Position numbers and translations under genes: made by a program | Part shown: in pieces, positions 18,895 through 29,541 of the stretch | Numbering within the stretch: the first letter of the stretch is position 1 | How the letters are laid out: every line of letters begins with the position of its first letter | NCBI GenBank assembly: GCA_009377375.1 | Contig: WHUE01000012.1 | Coordinates: forward strand, 2,427-66,426 | DNA length: 64,000 bases | Origin: Alphaproteobacteria bacterium | GTDB lineage: Bacteria; Pseudomonadota; Alphaproteobacteria; MPNO01; UBA2964 | Reading direction: 5' to 3' | Notes under the pieces: generated by a model | Told to the model about the DNA's origin: nothing | What the model saw: only the letters and a program-made list of their open reading frames with translations | Databases searched by the model: none

Positions 18895-20295
18895 ATGGCG
18901 GAGGGGCGCAGCGGGAAACCGGAGCGCGATACTAAACAGGTACGCGCGGAGCGCGACGACGAGCGGGCGACGCTCGGCGGGCGCGTGCGCCGCTACGCCC
19001 GCGTCGGCACCGCGGTCGGCGGTCTGGCGGCCCGGCTGGCGGGGAACCGCTATCTCGGCGTGGAGATCGACCGCGACAGGCATGCCCGCTCGCTGCGCGA
19101 CGCGCTGGGCGGGCTGAAGGGGCCGCTGATGAAGGTGGCGCAGATCATGTCGACCGTGCCCGACATGCTGCCCGCCGAATACGTCGCCGAGCTCGCCCAT
19201 CTGCAATCCAACGCGCCTCCGATGGGCTGGCTGTTCGTGCGCCGGCGCATGGCGACGGAGCTCGGCCCGGACTGGCAGAAGAAATTCAGGGAATTCGGAC
19301 GCGAGGCGGCGGCGGCGGCCTCGCTCGGCCAGGTCCACCGCGCCACCGGGCATGACGGCGCCGACCTCGCCTGCAAGCTGCAATATCCGAACATGCAGTC
19401 GGCGGTGGAGGCCGATCTGCGCCAGCTCAAGCTGATCTTCGCGCTGTACCGCCGCTACGATCCCTCGATCGACACGACCGACATCCACAAGGAGGTCGCG
19501 GCCCGGCTGCGCGAGGAGCTGGATTACGAGCTGGAGGCGAAGCATATCCGGCTCTACCGCCAGATGCTGCGCGGCGAGGACGGCGTCCATGTGCCGAAGC
19601 CGGCGCCGGCGCTGTCGACGCGGCGGCTGCTGACCATGAGCTGGCTCGACGGCGTCAACCTTTCCACCGTCAGCGAATGGCCGGTCGAGACGCGGAACCA
19701 TATCGCCTACAACCTGTTCCGCGCCTGGTATGTGCCGTTCTACAGCTACGGCGTGATCCACGGCGACCCGCATCTCGGCAACTATTCGGCGCGGGAGGAC
19801 GGGGCGATCAACCTGATCGATTTCGGCTGCATCCGCATCTTCCGCTCGCCCTTCGTCAAAGGGGTGATCGACCTCTATAACGCGCTCGAGACCGGCGACC
19901 GCGACCTCGCGGTCAGCGCCTACGAGACCTGGGGGTTCGCGAATCTCTCCAACGAGGTGATCGACACGCTCAACCTCTGGGCGGAGTTCGTCTACGCGCC
20001 GCTGCTGGAGGACCGCGAGCGGCTGATCCAGGACACCGGCGGCACGATGTACGGCGCCCAGGTGGCGGGCAAGGTCCATGCAGAGCTGCGCCGGCTCGGG
20101 GGCGTGAAGCCGCCGCGCGAGTTCCTGCTGATGGACCGCGCGGCCATCGGGCTGGGCTCGGTGTTCCTGCGCCTCGACGCCCATATCAACTGGCACCGCC
20201 TGTTCCAGGGGCTGATCGAGGATTTCGACGTGGACGCGCTGGAAAAGCGCCAGGCGAAGGCGCTGAAGGCGGCGGAGATGGAGATGACGGACTGA
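18895..20295 (+). CDS. ABC1/UbiB-family atypical protein kinase
   Basis: ABC1 domain (AAASLGQVHRA..., HGDPHLGN); start 2 nt after the pepF stop. Confidence 0.75.
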   Translation: MAEGRSGKPERDTKQVRAERDDERATLGGRVRRYARVGTAVGGLAARLAGNRYLGVEIDRDRHARSLRDALGGLKGPLMKVAQIMSTVPDMLPAEYVAELAHLQSNAPPMGWLFVRRRMATELGPDWQKKFREFGREAAAAASLGQVHRATGHDGADLACKLQYPNMQSAVEADLRQLKLIFALYRRYDPSIDTTDIHKEVAARLREELDYELEAKHIRLYRQMLRGEDGVHVPKPAPALSTRRLLTMSWLDGVNLSTVSEWPVETRNHIAYNLFRAWYVPFYSYGVIHGDPHLGNYSAREDGAINLIDFGCIRIFRSPFVKGVIDLYNALETGDRDLAVSAYETWGFANLSNEVIDTLNLWAEFVYAPLLEDRERLIQDTGGTMYGAQVAGKVHAELRRLGGVKPPREFLLMDRAAIGLGSVFLRLDAHINWHRLFQGLIEDFDVDALEKRQAKALKAAEMEMTD

Positions 20296-20469
20296 CGCCC
20301 GGCCAAGTCCGGAAAATCCCGGTTTCGCGCCGGAATTTGCAATTCCTTCACCTTGGGCCCATATCAATTGTGGGCTTTGCTTGTCGGCCGAATTCTGGTA
20401 GACAGGCGCTCCCCGGCCTCGTGCCGGGTCTGTTTTTCTGGGTCATGGCTTAAGGAGAAGCTGGGAACC

Positions 20470-20673
20470 GTGCAGGTATTCGTTCGCGACAACAACGTCG
20501 ATGGTGCCCTCAAGGCGCTGAAGAAGAAGATGCAGCGCGAGGGCATCTGGCGCGAAATGAAGCGTCACCGCTCTTACGAGAAGCCGTCCGAGCGCCGCGT
20601 GCGCAAGCAGGCGGAAGCCGTGCGCCGCACCCGCAAGCTCGAGCGCAAGCGGCTGCAGATCGAGGGCTTCTAG
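20470..20673 (+). CDS. rpsU: 30S ribosomal protein S21
   Basis: [26 protein letters not shown]...; GTG start 10 nt after AAGGAGAAG; the in-frame ORF portion upstream is leader. Confidence 0.85.
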   Translation: MQVFVRDNNVDGALKALKKKMQREGIWREMKRHRSYEKPSERRVRKQAEAVRRTRKLERKRLQIEGF

Positions 20674-20755
20674 CCCCTTCCAACGTTTCCGGCACAGGCC
20701 GCGTCCCCGGTCCGGGGGCGGGGGCTCCGAGTCCCGACGCCGGCGACAGCCGGCG

Positions 20756-22063
20756 TCAGTCGTTTCTGCCCTCTCGCTCCCTCAGCACGTCCACGATCGC
20801 GCCGGTCAGCACCGCCACCTCCTCCGGCGTCGCGATCAGCGGCGGCATCAGGTAGACGACGTCGCCGAACGGGCGCAGCCACACCCCGCGCTCCACGAAG
20901 CGGTCCTTCATCCACGGAAAATCGCGTGGCGATTCGAGCTGCACCGCGCCCATCGCGCCGAAGGCGCGCACGTCCCTGACACCCAAGATATCCCGGCAGG
21001 GGGCGAGCCCTGCCGCGATCTCCGCCTCCATCGCGGCGGCGCGGGCGACCGTCGTCCCATCGGCAAACAGGTCCAGCGCGGCCAGCGCGGCGGCGCAGCC
21101 CAGCGGGTTCGCCATGTAGCTCGGCCCGTGCATCAGCGCGCGGGAGGCATCGTCCGACAGGAAGGCGTCGAACACGGCCGCGCTCGCCGCCGTGGCCGCC
21201 ATGCCGATGGCGCCGCCGGTCATCGCCTTGCCGATGCAGACGATGTCGGGCACGACGCCGGCATGGTCGCAGGCGAACATCCGCCCGGTGCGGCCGAACC
21301 CGGTGGCGATCTCATCGGCGATGAACAGCATTCCGTGCCGCCGCGCCGCCTCCGCGACGAAGCGCAGCGTGTCGGCGTCGTGCAGCTTCATGCCCCCGGC
21401 GGCCTGCAGCATCGGCTCGACGATCACGGCCGCGGCCTCGTCGCGATGGCGCGCCAGCAACGACTCGAACGCCGCGCGCGCCTCCGCCGTGCGGGGGATG
21501 TCGGCCAGGACCTGTTCGGGGAAATAGCCGCGGAACAGCGCATGCATGCCCTCAATCGGGTCGCAGACCGACATCGCGCCCATCGTGTCGCCGTGATAGC
21601 CGAAGCGGAAGCAGACGAAGCGGTTGCGCGCCGCCTCGCCGCGGTTGCGCGCCGCCTCGCCGCGGTTGCGCCAGTACTGCACCGCCATCTTCATCGCCAC
21701 CTCGACCGCGACCGAGCCGGAATCGCAGAAGAAGACATGGCCCAGCGCCGCCTCCGTGCCCGCGCCCGGCAGCACGGCGGCGAGCCGGTCGGCGAGCGCC
21801 AGCGCCGGCTCGTGCGTCAGCCCGCCGAACATCACATGCGGCATGGCGCGGAGCTGCGCCTCCATCGCGGCGACGATATGCGGGTGGTTGTAGCCGTGGC
21901 AGGCCGTCCACCACGACGCGATGCCGTCCAGCAGCGTGCGCCCGTCTTCCAGGTGGATGCGGGTGCCCTCCGTCCGCACCGCCTTCCACGGCGCGGGCTC
22001 GGTCTGCATCTGGGTGTAGGGCCGCCAGACGCGGCGCAGGCGGGGATCGGGCGCGCCGGTCAC
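20756..22063 (-). CDS. bioA: adenosylmethionine-8-amino-7-oxononanoate aminotransferase
   Basis: class III aminotransferase; WRPYTQM aligns with E. coli WHPYTSM 11 aa after the start, which supports the GTG start at 22063 (the start is uncertain); contains an in-frame 7-aa duplication. Confidence 0.8.
   Translation of the reverse strand: MTGAPDPRLRRVWRPYTQMQTEPAPWKAVRTEGTRIHLEDGRTLLDGIASWWTACHGYNHPHIVAAMEAQLRAMPHVMFGGLTHEPALALADRLAAVLPGAGTEAALGHVFFCDSGSVAVEVAMKMAVQYWRNRGEAARNRGEAARNRFVCFRFGYHGDTMGAMSVCDPIEGMHALFRGYFPEQVLADIPRTAEARAAFESLLARHRDEAAAVIVEPMLQAAGGMKLHDADTLRFVAEAARRHGMLFIADEIATGFGRTGRMFACDHAGVVPDIVCIGKAMTGGAIGMAATAASAAVFDAFLSDDASRALMHGPSYMANPLGCAAALAALDLFADGTTVARAAAMEAEIAAGLAPCRDILGVRDVRAFGAMGAVQLESPRDFPWMKDRFVERGVWLRPFGDVVYLMPPLIATPEEVAVLTGAIVDVLREREGRND
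21621..21672. repeat. in-frame 21-bp tandem duplication inside bioA (two full units plus a partial third)
   Basis: unit cggttgcgcgccgcctcgccg x2; encodes YWRNRGEAARNRGEAARNRF where orthologs have a single copy. Confidence 0.8.
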
Positions 22064-22068
22064 GGTGC

Positions 22069-23067
22069 CTACGGCGCGGAAGGGTCCATCGGGTGCAGCC
22101 CCAGCCGGTCGAACAGGGCCCTGTCGGCCGCGCTCGCCGGGTTCTCGGTGGTCAGCAGCATGTCGCCATAGAAGATGGAGTTCGCCCCGGCGAGGAAGCA
22201 CAGTGCCTGCATCTCGTCGGTCATGTCCTCGCGGCCGGCGGACAGGCGGACGACGGAGGCGGGCATCATGACCCGCGCCGCCGCGATGGTGCGCACGAAT
22301 TCCAGCCCGTCCACCGGCTCCGCCCCTTCCAGCGGCGTGCCGGCGACGGCGACCAGCCGGTTGACCGGCACGCTCTCCGGATGCCGCGGCAGGCTCGCCA
22401 GCGTGGCCAGCATGGCCGCGCGGTCGGCGCGCCCCTCGCCCATGCCGACGATGCCGCCGCTGCAGACATGGATGCCGGCGTCGCGGACGCGGGACAGCGT
22501 GTCCAGCCGGTCGGAGAACCGGCGGGTGGAGATTATCTCGCCGTAGAACGCCTCCGACGTATCGATATTGTGGTTGTAGTAGTCCAGCCCCGCCTCGGCC
22601 AGCCGGGCGGCCTGCGGGCCGGTCAGCATGCCGAGCGTGACGCAGGTCTCCATCCCCAGCGCCTTGACCGCGCCGATCATCTCGCAGACGGGGGCGAGCT
22701 GCGCATCGGTCGGGCTGCGCCAGGCCGCGCCCATGCAGAACCGGCTGGCGCCCGCGTCCCTGGCGCGCCGCGCGGCCTCGGTCACGCGGTCGAGCCCCAG
22801 CAGCGCCTCGCGCTCCAGCCCGGTGTCGTAATGCGCGCTCTGCGGGCAGTAGGCGCAGTCCTCCGGGCAGCCGCCGGTCTTGATCGACAGCAGGGTGGAA
22901 AGCTGCACCGCGTTGGGATCGAAATGCGCCCGATGCGCCGCCTGGGCGCGGAAGATCAGGTCGTTGAACGGCAGATCGAATAGCGCCAGCGCCTGGGCCT
23001 GCGTCCAGTCGTGCCGGATGTCGGGGTCGGGCGCGGCATGCGCCTCGGGAGGCAGGGTGGTTGCCAT
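22069..23067 (-). CDS. bioB: biotin synthase
   Basis: radical-SAM CPEDCAYC motif; start ATG 23067 (MATTLPPE). Confidence 0.9.
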   Translation of the reverse strand: MATTLPPEAHAAPDPDIRHDWTQAQALALFDLPFNDLIFRAQAAHRAHFDPNAVQLSTLLSIKTGGCPEDCAYCPQSAHYDTGLEREALLGLDRVTEAARRARDAGASRFCMGAAWRSPTDAQLAPVCEMIGAVKALGMETCVTLGMLTGPQAARLAEAGLDYYNHNIDTSEAFYGEIISTRRFSDRLDTLSRVRDAGIHVCSGGIVGMGEGRADRAAMLATLASLPRHPESVPVNRLVAVAGTPLEGAEPVDGLEFVRTIAAARVMMPASVVRLSAGREDMTDEMQALCFLAGANSIFYGDMLLTTENPASAADRALFDRLGLHPMDPSAP

Positions 23068-23155
23068 GCGGCGCTTATAGCATGCGATTCGGGACGGCGC
23101 GATTCGGAGTCTCGGCCCTAGGCGCGATGGCGCGCGCGGGTGTATTAACGCCTCG

Positions 23156-24325
23156 ATGGGCGACGGAAAACACAGCCTCGCGCAATTCGCGGCCGGCAAG
23201 CTCGCGGCGCTGGAGGCTTCGAGTCTGCGGCGGGGGCTGACGGTCACGTCGCGCGGGCCGGCCGGCGCCGCGACGCGGGGCGGGCGGGCGCTGGTCTCGT
23301 TCTGCTGCAACGACTATCTCGGTCTCAGCCAGCATCCCGCCGTCAAGCAGGCCGCGGCGGCGGCGTTGGCGCAGTACGGGGCCGGGTCGGGGGCGTCGCG
23401 GCTGGTGACCGGCAACCACCCGCTCTATGAGGCGCTGGAAGCGGCACTGGCGCGGATCAAGGGCACCGAGGCCGCCTGCGTGTTCGGCAGCGGCTACCTC
23501 GCCAATCTCGGCATCGTGCCGGCCTTCGCGGGCGCGGGGGATCTGATCCTCGCGGACGAACTCAGCCATGCCTCGATGCATGCGGGCATCGTGGCGAGCC
23601 GCGCCGAGGCGCATTTCTTCGCCCATAACGATGCGGCCGACTGCCGCCGGCTGCTGGAGGCGCACCGAGGCGGCGCGCGGCACTGCATCGTGATGACCGA
23701 GGGCGTGTTCTCGATGGACGGCGACCGCGCGCCGCTGGCGGCGCTGGCCGACCTCGCCGACGAATTCGACGCCTGGCTGATGACCGACGACGCGCACGGG
23801 CTCGGCGTGCTCGGCGGCGGGCGGGGCAGCGCGGCGGAAGCGGGCGTCGCCGGGCGCGTCGCGCTGCAGATGGGCACGCTGTCCAAGGCCGTGGGCTCCT
23901 ATGGCGGCTATCTCTGCGCCGCCCGCCCGGCGATCGAGCTGCTGGCCAGCCGGGCGCGCAGCCTGGTCTATTCCACCGCCCTGCCGCCGGCCTCGGTCGC
24001 CGCCTCCTACGCCGCGCTGGACCTGATCGAGCAGGGGGGCGCGCTGGTCGCCGCGCCGCTGGCCAGGGCGCGGCGCTTCACCGCGGCGCTGAACCTGCCC
24101 GAGGCCGAAAGCCCCATCGTGCCGCTGATCGTCGGCGATCCGGCGCGGGCGCTCGCCGCTTCCTCCGCGCTGGAGCAGGCCGGATTCCTGGTCACCGCCA
24201 TCCGCCCGCCGACCGTGCCGGCGGGCACCGCCCGGCTCCGCTTTACCTTCGCCGCCGACCACGCCGAGGCCGATATCGACCGGCTGGTTACCGCCGTGCG
24301 GGGGCTGGATCTGGCGGGGGCATGA
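23156..24325 (+). CDS. bioF: 8-amino-7-oxononanoate synthase
   Basis: class II aminotransferase, PLP lysine context [12 protein letters not shown]. Confidence 0.85.
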   Translation: MGDGKHSLAQFAAGKLAALEASSLRRGLTVTSRGPAGAATRGGRALVSFCCNDYLGLSQHPAVKQAAAAALAQYGAGSGASRLVTGNHPLYEALEAALARIKGTEAACVFGSGYLANLGIVPAFAGAGDLILADELSHASMHAGIVASRAEAHFFAHNDAADCRRLLEAHRGGARHCIVMTEGVFSMDGDRAPLAALADLADEFDAWLMTDDAHGLGVLGGGRGSAAEAGVAGRVALQMGTLSKAVGSYGGYLCAARPAIELLASRARSLVYSTALPPASVAASYAALDLIEQGGALVAAPLARARRFTAALNLPEAESPIVPLIVGDPARALAASSALEQAGFLVTAIRPPTVPAGTARLRFTFAADHAEADIDRLVTAVRGLDLAGA

Positions 24326-24343
24326 TGTTGCAACATCTGCCGT

Positions 24344-24449
24344 CCCCCCCTCCCCGACCCTCCCCCGCGAGGGGGGAGGGGGCGCTGTTGCGACACCTCA
24401 CTTCAAATACTCCCTCCCCCCTCGCGGGGGAGGGTCGGGGAGGGGGGGC
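24344..24449. repeat. two inverted copies of the same REP-like element (CCCTCCCCGACCCTCCCCCGCGAGGGGGGAGGG and its reverse complement)
   Basis: bioF-bioD intergenic; the copies are about 30 bp apart and inverted, so the pair can form one large cruciform. Confidence 0.75.
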
Positions 24450-24476
24450 TGCCTGCCCCGGGACCGGGTGCCGGCC

Positions 24477-25163
24477 ATGAGCGGGCTGTTCGTCACCTCG
24501 ACCGGCACCGGGATCGGCAAGACGCTGGTGACGACGCTGCTGATCGGCCGGCTCCGGGCGCAGGGGCGGGTTGTGGCGGCGGTCAAGCCGGTGATCACCG
24601 GGTTCGATCCGGCGGACGCCGCGGCCAGCGACACCGGCCTGCTGCTGGCGGCGCTTGGCCGCGCCGTGACGGCGAGGAACGTCGCCGCGATCTCGCCCTG
24701 GCGCCTCAAAGCGCCGCTGTCCCCGGACATGGCGGCGTCGCGCGAAGGCGCGACGCTGTCCGCCGCCACGATTGCCGCCTTCTGCCGCGACGCCGACCGG
24801 CCCGGCCAGGTCACGCTGGCGGAAGGCGTCGGCGGGGCCATGGTGCCGCTGGGCGGGCGGGAGACCCTGCTGGATGCGATGGCCGCGCTCGGCTGGCCGG
24901 CGGTGCTCGTGGCGGGCAGCTATCTGGGCACGTTGAGCCATACCCTGACCGCCGCCCGCGCGCTGGCCGGGGCGGGGGTGAATCTGGCCGGCCTCGTGAT
25001 CAGCGAATCGCCCGAAAGCCCCGTGCCGCCCGCCGAGACGGCGGCGACGCTCTCCCGTTACGTGACGTCCGTCCCGGTGATCGTCGTGCCGCGCCTGGAT
25101 CCGGCGGCCCCGCCCGCCCGCGGCCTGCCCGATCTCACCGTGCTGGCGGGCGCGGCGCCGTGA
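24477..25163 (+). CDS. bioD: dethiobiotin synthetase
   Basis: P-loop LFVTSTGTGIGKT; ATG 24477 preferred (a GTG at 24468 is also possible). Confidence 0.85.
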   Translation: MSGLFVTSTGTGIGKTLVTTLLIGRLRAQGRVVAAVKPVITGFDPADAAASDTGLLLAALGRAVTARNVAAISPWRLKAPLSPDMAASREGATLSAATIAAFCRDADRPGQVTLAEGVGGAMVPLGGRETLLDAMAALGWPAVLVAGSYLGTLSHTLTAARALAGAGVNLAGLVISESPESPVPPAETAATLSRYVTSVPVIVVPRLDPAAPPARGLPDLTVLAGAAP

Positions 25164-25278
25164 CCGGCACAGCGACGCGGGCGCGCGGCGGGATGGCGCA
25201 TGTTACCCTTGGCAACCCCGCGGCTGTTGTGCATTGTGCCGCCGGGGTCATGGGTAATGAATTGATATCCAATCCAGC

Positions 25279-26460
25279 ATGAAGATCGCGGTTTCCAGAG
25301 AACGCCGCGCGGGCGAGGCGCGCGTCGCGGCATCCCCCGACACGGTGAAGAAGCTCGTCGGGCTCGGCTTCGACGTCGTCATCGAATCCGGCGCCGGCGA
25401 CGGCGCGTCCTTCACCGATGCCGCCTTCGCCGAGGCCGGCGCCGTCATCGCCGCCGACGAGGCGCAGGCGCTGGACGGCGCCGATATCGTGCTCAAGGTG
25501 CAGCGCCCGATGACGGCGGCGGAGGGCGGGCCGGACGAGCTCGCCATGATGAAGCCGGGCACGATTCTGGTCGGCACGCTGGCGGCGCTGTCCAACCGGG
25601 AGCAGGCGGAGGCTTGGGCGAAGGCGGGGATCACCGCCTTCGCGCTGGAGCTGCTGCCGCGCATCACCCGGGCGCAGTCGATGGACGTGCTGTCGTCGCA
25701 GTCCAGCCTCGCCGGCTACAAGGCGGTGCTCGACGCCGCGCAGGAATTCAGCCGCGCCTTCCCGATGATGATGACCGCGGCGGGCACCATCCCGCCGGCG
25801 CGGGTCTTCGTGCTGGGCGCGGGCGTCGCCGGGCTGCAGGCCATCGCCACGGCGCGGCGTCTCGGCGCGATCGTGTCCGCCTACGACGTGCGCCCCGCGG
25901 TGAAGGAGCAGGTCGAAAGCCTCGGCGGCAAGTTCGTGCAGGTGGACGAGGCGGCGACGAAGGACGCGGAGACGGCGGGCGGCTACGCCAGGGAAATGGG
26001 CGAGGAGTACCAGAAGCGGCAGGCCGGGGTGATCCACGAGACGCTGAAGAAGCAGGACATTGCCATCTGCACCGCCCTGATTCCCGGCCGGCCGGCCCCG
26101 GTGCTGATCACCGACGAGATGGTGGCCGACATGAAGCCCGGCTCGGTGATCGTGGACATGGCGGTGGAGGCCGGCGGCAACTGCACGCTGAGCCGGCCCG
26201 GCGAGGTGGTGGAGGCGAACGGCGTTCGCATCGTCGGCCATCTGAACATCCCCGCGCGCATAGCCGCCGACGCCTCGTCGATGTACGCGAAGAACCTGCT
26301 GAACTTCGTCGCCCCGCTGGTCGACGCCGAAACGAAGGCGCTGAAGATCGACTGGGAGGACGAGATCGTCAGGGGCTGCCTCGTGGCGCGCGACGGCAGG
26401 GTGGTGCATGAGCGGCTCGGCGGCGCGCCCGCCGCCCCCGCGGAAGGAAAGGCGGACTGA
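25279..26460 (+). CDS. pntAA: NAD(P) transhydrogenase subunit alpha part 1
   Basis: alanine dehydrogenase/PNT N- and C-terminal domains. Confidence 0.9.
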   Translation: MKIAVSRERRAGEARVAASPDTVKKLVGLGFDVVIESGAGDGASFTDAAFAEAGAVIAADEAQALDGADIVLKVQRPMTAAEGGPDELAMMKPGTILVGTLAALSNREQAEAWAKAGITAFALELLPRITRAQSMDVLSSQSSLAGYKAVLDAAQEFSRAFPMMMTAAGTIPPARVFVLGAGVAGLQAIATARRLGAIVSAYDVRPAVKEQVESLGGKFVQVDEAATKDAETAGGYAREMGEEYQKRQAGVIHETLKKQDIAICTALIPGRPAPVLITDEMVADMKPGSVIVDMAVEAGGNCTLSRPGEVVEANGVRIVGHLNIPARIAADASSMYAKNLLNFVAPLVDAETKALKIDWEDEIVRGCLVARDGRVVHERLGGAPAAPAEGKAD

Positions 26461-26462
26461 CC

Positions 26463-26786
26463 ATGGAACGGATCGCCAATGCCGTCGGCATCGCCACGGT
26501 CAACGAGCCCACGCTGATCATGCTGTTCACCGTGTTCGTGCTGGCGGTGTTCGTCGGCTACTACGTGGTGTGGAACGTCACCGCGGCGCTGCATTCGCCG
26601 CTGATGAGCGTGACCAATGCGATCTCGTCGGTGATCATCGTCGGCGCGCTGATCGCCGCCGGGCCGATGGAGGTCAACTTCTCCAAGGTCATGGGGTTCG
26701 TCGCGGTCGTCCTGGCCTCGATCAACATATTCGGCGGTTTCATCGTCTCGCAGCGCATGCTGCAGATGTACCGCAAGAAGAAGTAG
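26463..26786 (+). CDS. pntAB: NAD(P) transhydrogenase subunit alpha part 2 (membrane)
   Basis: 107-aa 3-4 TM protein between pntAA and pntB. Confidence 0.85.
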   Translation: MERIANAVGIATVNEPTLIMLFTVFVLAVFVGYYVVWNVTAALHSPLMSVTNAISSVIIVGALIAAGPMEVNFSKVMGFVAVVLASINIFGGFIVSQRMLQMYRKKK

Positions 26787-26805
26787 CGGCGGGGAGGACA
26801 GGGAT

Positions 26806-28200
26806 TTGTCGGCCGAGCTTACCGGTTTCGCCTACCTGATCGCGGCGATCTGCTTCATCCTCGCGCTGCGCGGGCTGTCGTCGCCGGAAACCGCGCGCCA
26901 GGGCAACATCATCGGCATCTGCGGCATGGCGATCGCCATCGCCACCACGCTGGCGAGCCCCGAGGTGCTGAGCTACACGTGGATCCTCGCCGGCATCGTC
27001 ATCGGCGGCGCCATAGGCACCGTGATCGCGCTGAAGATTCACATGACGGCGCTGCCGCAGCTCGTCGCCGCCTTCCACAGCCTGGTCGGCCTCGCCGCCG
27101 TGTTCGTCGCCTCGGCCACGCTGTATGCGCCCGACGCCTACGGCATCGGCTCGGTCGGCTCCATCAAGACCGCGAGCCTGGTCGAGATGGCGGTCGGCGC
27201 CGCGATCGGCGCGATCACCTTCACCGGCTCCATCGTCGCCTTCGCCAAGCTGCAGGGGCTGGTCACCGGCGCGCCGCTGGTCTTCACCGGCCAGCATGCG
27301 CTGAACGCGGTGCTCGGCATCGCCGCCGTCGCGCTGGTCGTGTTCTTCGCGCGGGAGGAAAGCCATCTCGCCTACTGGGGCATCGTGGCGCTCGCGCTGG
27401 CGCTCGGCTTCCTGATGATTCTCCCCATAGGCGGCGCCGACATGCCGGTGGTGATCTCGATGCTCAACTCCTATTCCGGCTGGGCGGCCTGCGGCATAGG
27501 CTTCACGCTCGGCAACACGCTGCTGATCATCACCGGCGCGCTGGTCGGCTCGTCGGGCGCGATCCTCAGCTACATCATGTGCAAGGGGATGAACCGCTCC
27601 TTCATCAGCGTGATCCTGGGCGGGTTCGGCGCCGACGATTCCGCGGTGGCCGCGGGCGGACCCTCGGGCGACCGCGCCGTGCGCCAGGGCAGCGCCGAGG
27701 ACGCGGCGTTCATCATGAAGAACGGCGGCAAGGTCATCATCGTGCCGGGCTACGGCATGGCGGTGGCGCAGGCCCAGCACGCCGTGCGCGAGATGGCCGA
27801 CATCCTGAAGGCCGAGGGGGTGGACGTCTCCTACGCCATCCATCCGGTGGCGGGGCGCATGCCGGGGCACATGAACGTGCTGCTGGCCGAGGCCAACGTG
27901 CCCTATGACGAGGTGTTCGAGCTGGAAGTGATCAACAACGCCTTCGCCATGGCCGATGTCGCCTATGTCATCGGCGCCAACGACGTGACCAACCCGGCCG
28001 CGAAGACCGACCCGGCCAGTCCGATCTACGGCATGCCGATCCTCGACGTGGAGCGGGCCAAGACGGTGCTGTTCGTGAAGCGCTCCATGGCGTCCGGCTA
28101 TGCCGGCGTCGACAACGAGCTGTTCTTCCGCGACAACACCATGATGCTGTTCGGCGACGCCAAGAAAATGACGGAAGAGATCGTCCACGCGCTGGGATAG
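26806..28200 (+). CDS. pntB: NAD(P) transhydrogenase subunit beta
   Basis: PntB family; TTG start after GGGAGGACAGGGA. Confidence 0.9.
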   Translation: MSAELTGFAYLIAAICFILALRGLSSPETARQGNIIGICGMAIAIATTLASPEVLSYTWILAGIVIGGAIGTVIALKIHMTALPQLVAAFHSLVGLAAVFVASATLYAPDAYGIGSVGSIKTASLVEMAVGAAIGAITFTGSIVAFAKLQGLVTGAPLVFTGQHALNAVLGIAAVALVVFFAREESHLAYWGIVALALALGFLMILPIGGADMPVVISMLNSYSGWAACGIGFTLGNTLLIITGALVGSSGAILSYIMCKGMNRSFISVILGGFGADDSAVAAGGPSGDRAVRQGSAEDAAFIMKNGGKVIIVPGYGMAVAQAQHAVREMADILKAEGVDVSYAIHPVAGRMPGHMNVLLAEANVPYDEVFELEVINNAFAMADVAYVIGANDVTNPAAKTDPASPIYGMPILDVERAKTVLFVKRSMASGYAGVDNELFFRDNTMMLFGDAKKMTEEIVHALG

Positions 28201-28252
28201 GACCGCCCGACCGGGGTTTTGACCTCGGCGCCGCACGACCCATATAACGCCC

Positions 28253-28840
28253 ATGGCCATTCTGAAGATCGCCCACATGGGGCACCCCGTTCTTGCCCGC
28301 GTCGCCGACGCGGTGGCGGACCCGACCGCGCGGGAGATCCGCCTGCTGGTCGAGGACATGATGGAGACCATGGCCGACGCCCAGGGGGCGGGCCTGGCCG
28401 CGCCGCAGGTGCACGTGCCGAAGCGGGTGATGATCTTCACCGCGCCGAAGGAGCGCGCCGAGCAGGACAATCCCGATCTGGCCGAGACCGATTTCTGCGG
28501 CATGACCCCGCTGATCAACCCGGACTGGGAGCCGCTGTCGGACGAGCTGGCGATCGGCTGGGAAGGCTGCCTGTCGGTGCCCGGGCTGACCGGCGCGGTG
28601 GCGCGGCATACGCATATCCGCTATCGCGGCTTCACCCCCGCCGGGCAGAGGCTGGAGCGCGAGGCCACCGGGTTCCATGCCCGCGTGTTCCAGCACGAGT
28701 TCGACCATCTCGACGGCATCCTCTACCCGCAGCGGATGCACGATCTCAGCCTGCTGGTGTTCACCGAGGAGGCGCGCCGCTTCGGCCTGCCGGAGATCCC
28801 GGCGGACGACGAGGAGGACGATGACGACGCCGCCGCCTGA
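28253..28840 (+). CDS. def: peptide deformylase
   Basis: GxGxAAxQ, EGCLS, HEFDH motifs. Confidence 0.9.
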   Translation: MAILKIAHMGHPVLARVADAVADPTAREIRLLVEDMMETMADAQGAGLAAPQVHVPKRVMIFTAPKERAEQDNPDLAETDFCGMTPLINPDWEPLSDELAIGWEGCLSVPGLTGAVARHTHIRYRGFTPAGQRLEREATGFHARVFQHEFDHLDGILYPQRMHDLSLLVFTEEARRFGLPEIPADDEEDDDDAAA

Positions 28841-29522
28841 TCCCGCCGGGGCCGGACGCGATGCGGGCGACCGGACGCGCCGGCGCGACGCGCTGCTGCT
28901 GGCGGCGCTGCCCCATGTCGCCTTCGACGGCTGGGGACGCGCCACGCTGGCCGCGGCCGCGCGGGATCTGGGGATGAAGGCTGCGGACGCCGAGCGCCAT
29001 TTTCCCGGCGGCGCGGCCGATCTGGTCGCCCATTTCAGCGACTGGGCGGACCGGCGCATGACGGCCGCGCTCGTGGAGCACGAGCTCGGCGGCATGCGGC
29101 TGCGCGACCGGATCGCGCTGGCGGTGCGCACCCGCACCGAGGCGCTGGCGGCGCATCGCGAGGCGGTGCGCCGGGCGCTGTCCTGGCTGGCGATGCCGCT
29201 GAACGCGCTGCTGGGCCTGCGGCTGCTCTATCGCAGCGTCGATGCGATCTGGCGCGCGGTCGGCGACCGGTCCGTCGATTTCAGCTTCTACACCAAGCGG
29301 GCGCTGCTCGCCGGGGTACTGTCGTCCACGGTGCTCTACTGGCTCGACGACGATTCGGACGGCGCCGCCGAAAGCTGGGCCTTCCTCGACCGGCGCATCG
29401 CCGACGTGATGCGCATCCCCCGGCTCACCGGACGGGTGCGCGGGGCCGCGGCGAGGCTGCCCGACCCGTTCCGCCTGATGCGCGGGCTGCGCGGCGGCGC
29501 GCGGCGGTTCCGCCGGGCCTGA
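28821..29522 (+). CDS. COQ9-family (ubiquinone biosynthesis accessory) protein
   Basis: alphaproteobacterial COQ9-like helical protein; ATG 28821 overlaps the def 3' end by 20 nt. Confidence 0.6.
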   Translation: MTTPPPDPAGAGRDAGDRTRRRDALLLAALPHVAFDGWGRATLAAAARDLGMKAADAERHFPGGAADLVAHFSDWADRRMTAALVEHELGGMRLRDRIALAVRTRTEALAAHREAVRRALSWLAMPLNALLGLRLLYRSVDAIWRAVGDRSVDFSFYTKRALLAGVLSSTVLYWLDDDSDGAAESWAFLDRRIADVMRIPRLTGRVRGAAARLPDPFRLMRGLRGGARRFRRA

Positions 29523-29541
29523 CCCGCCGGCTTTCCCGCCG

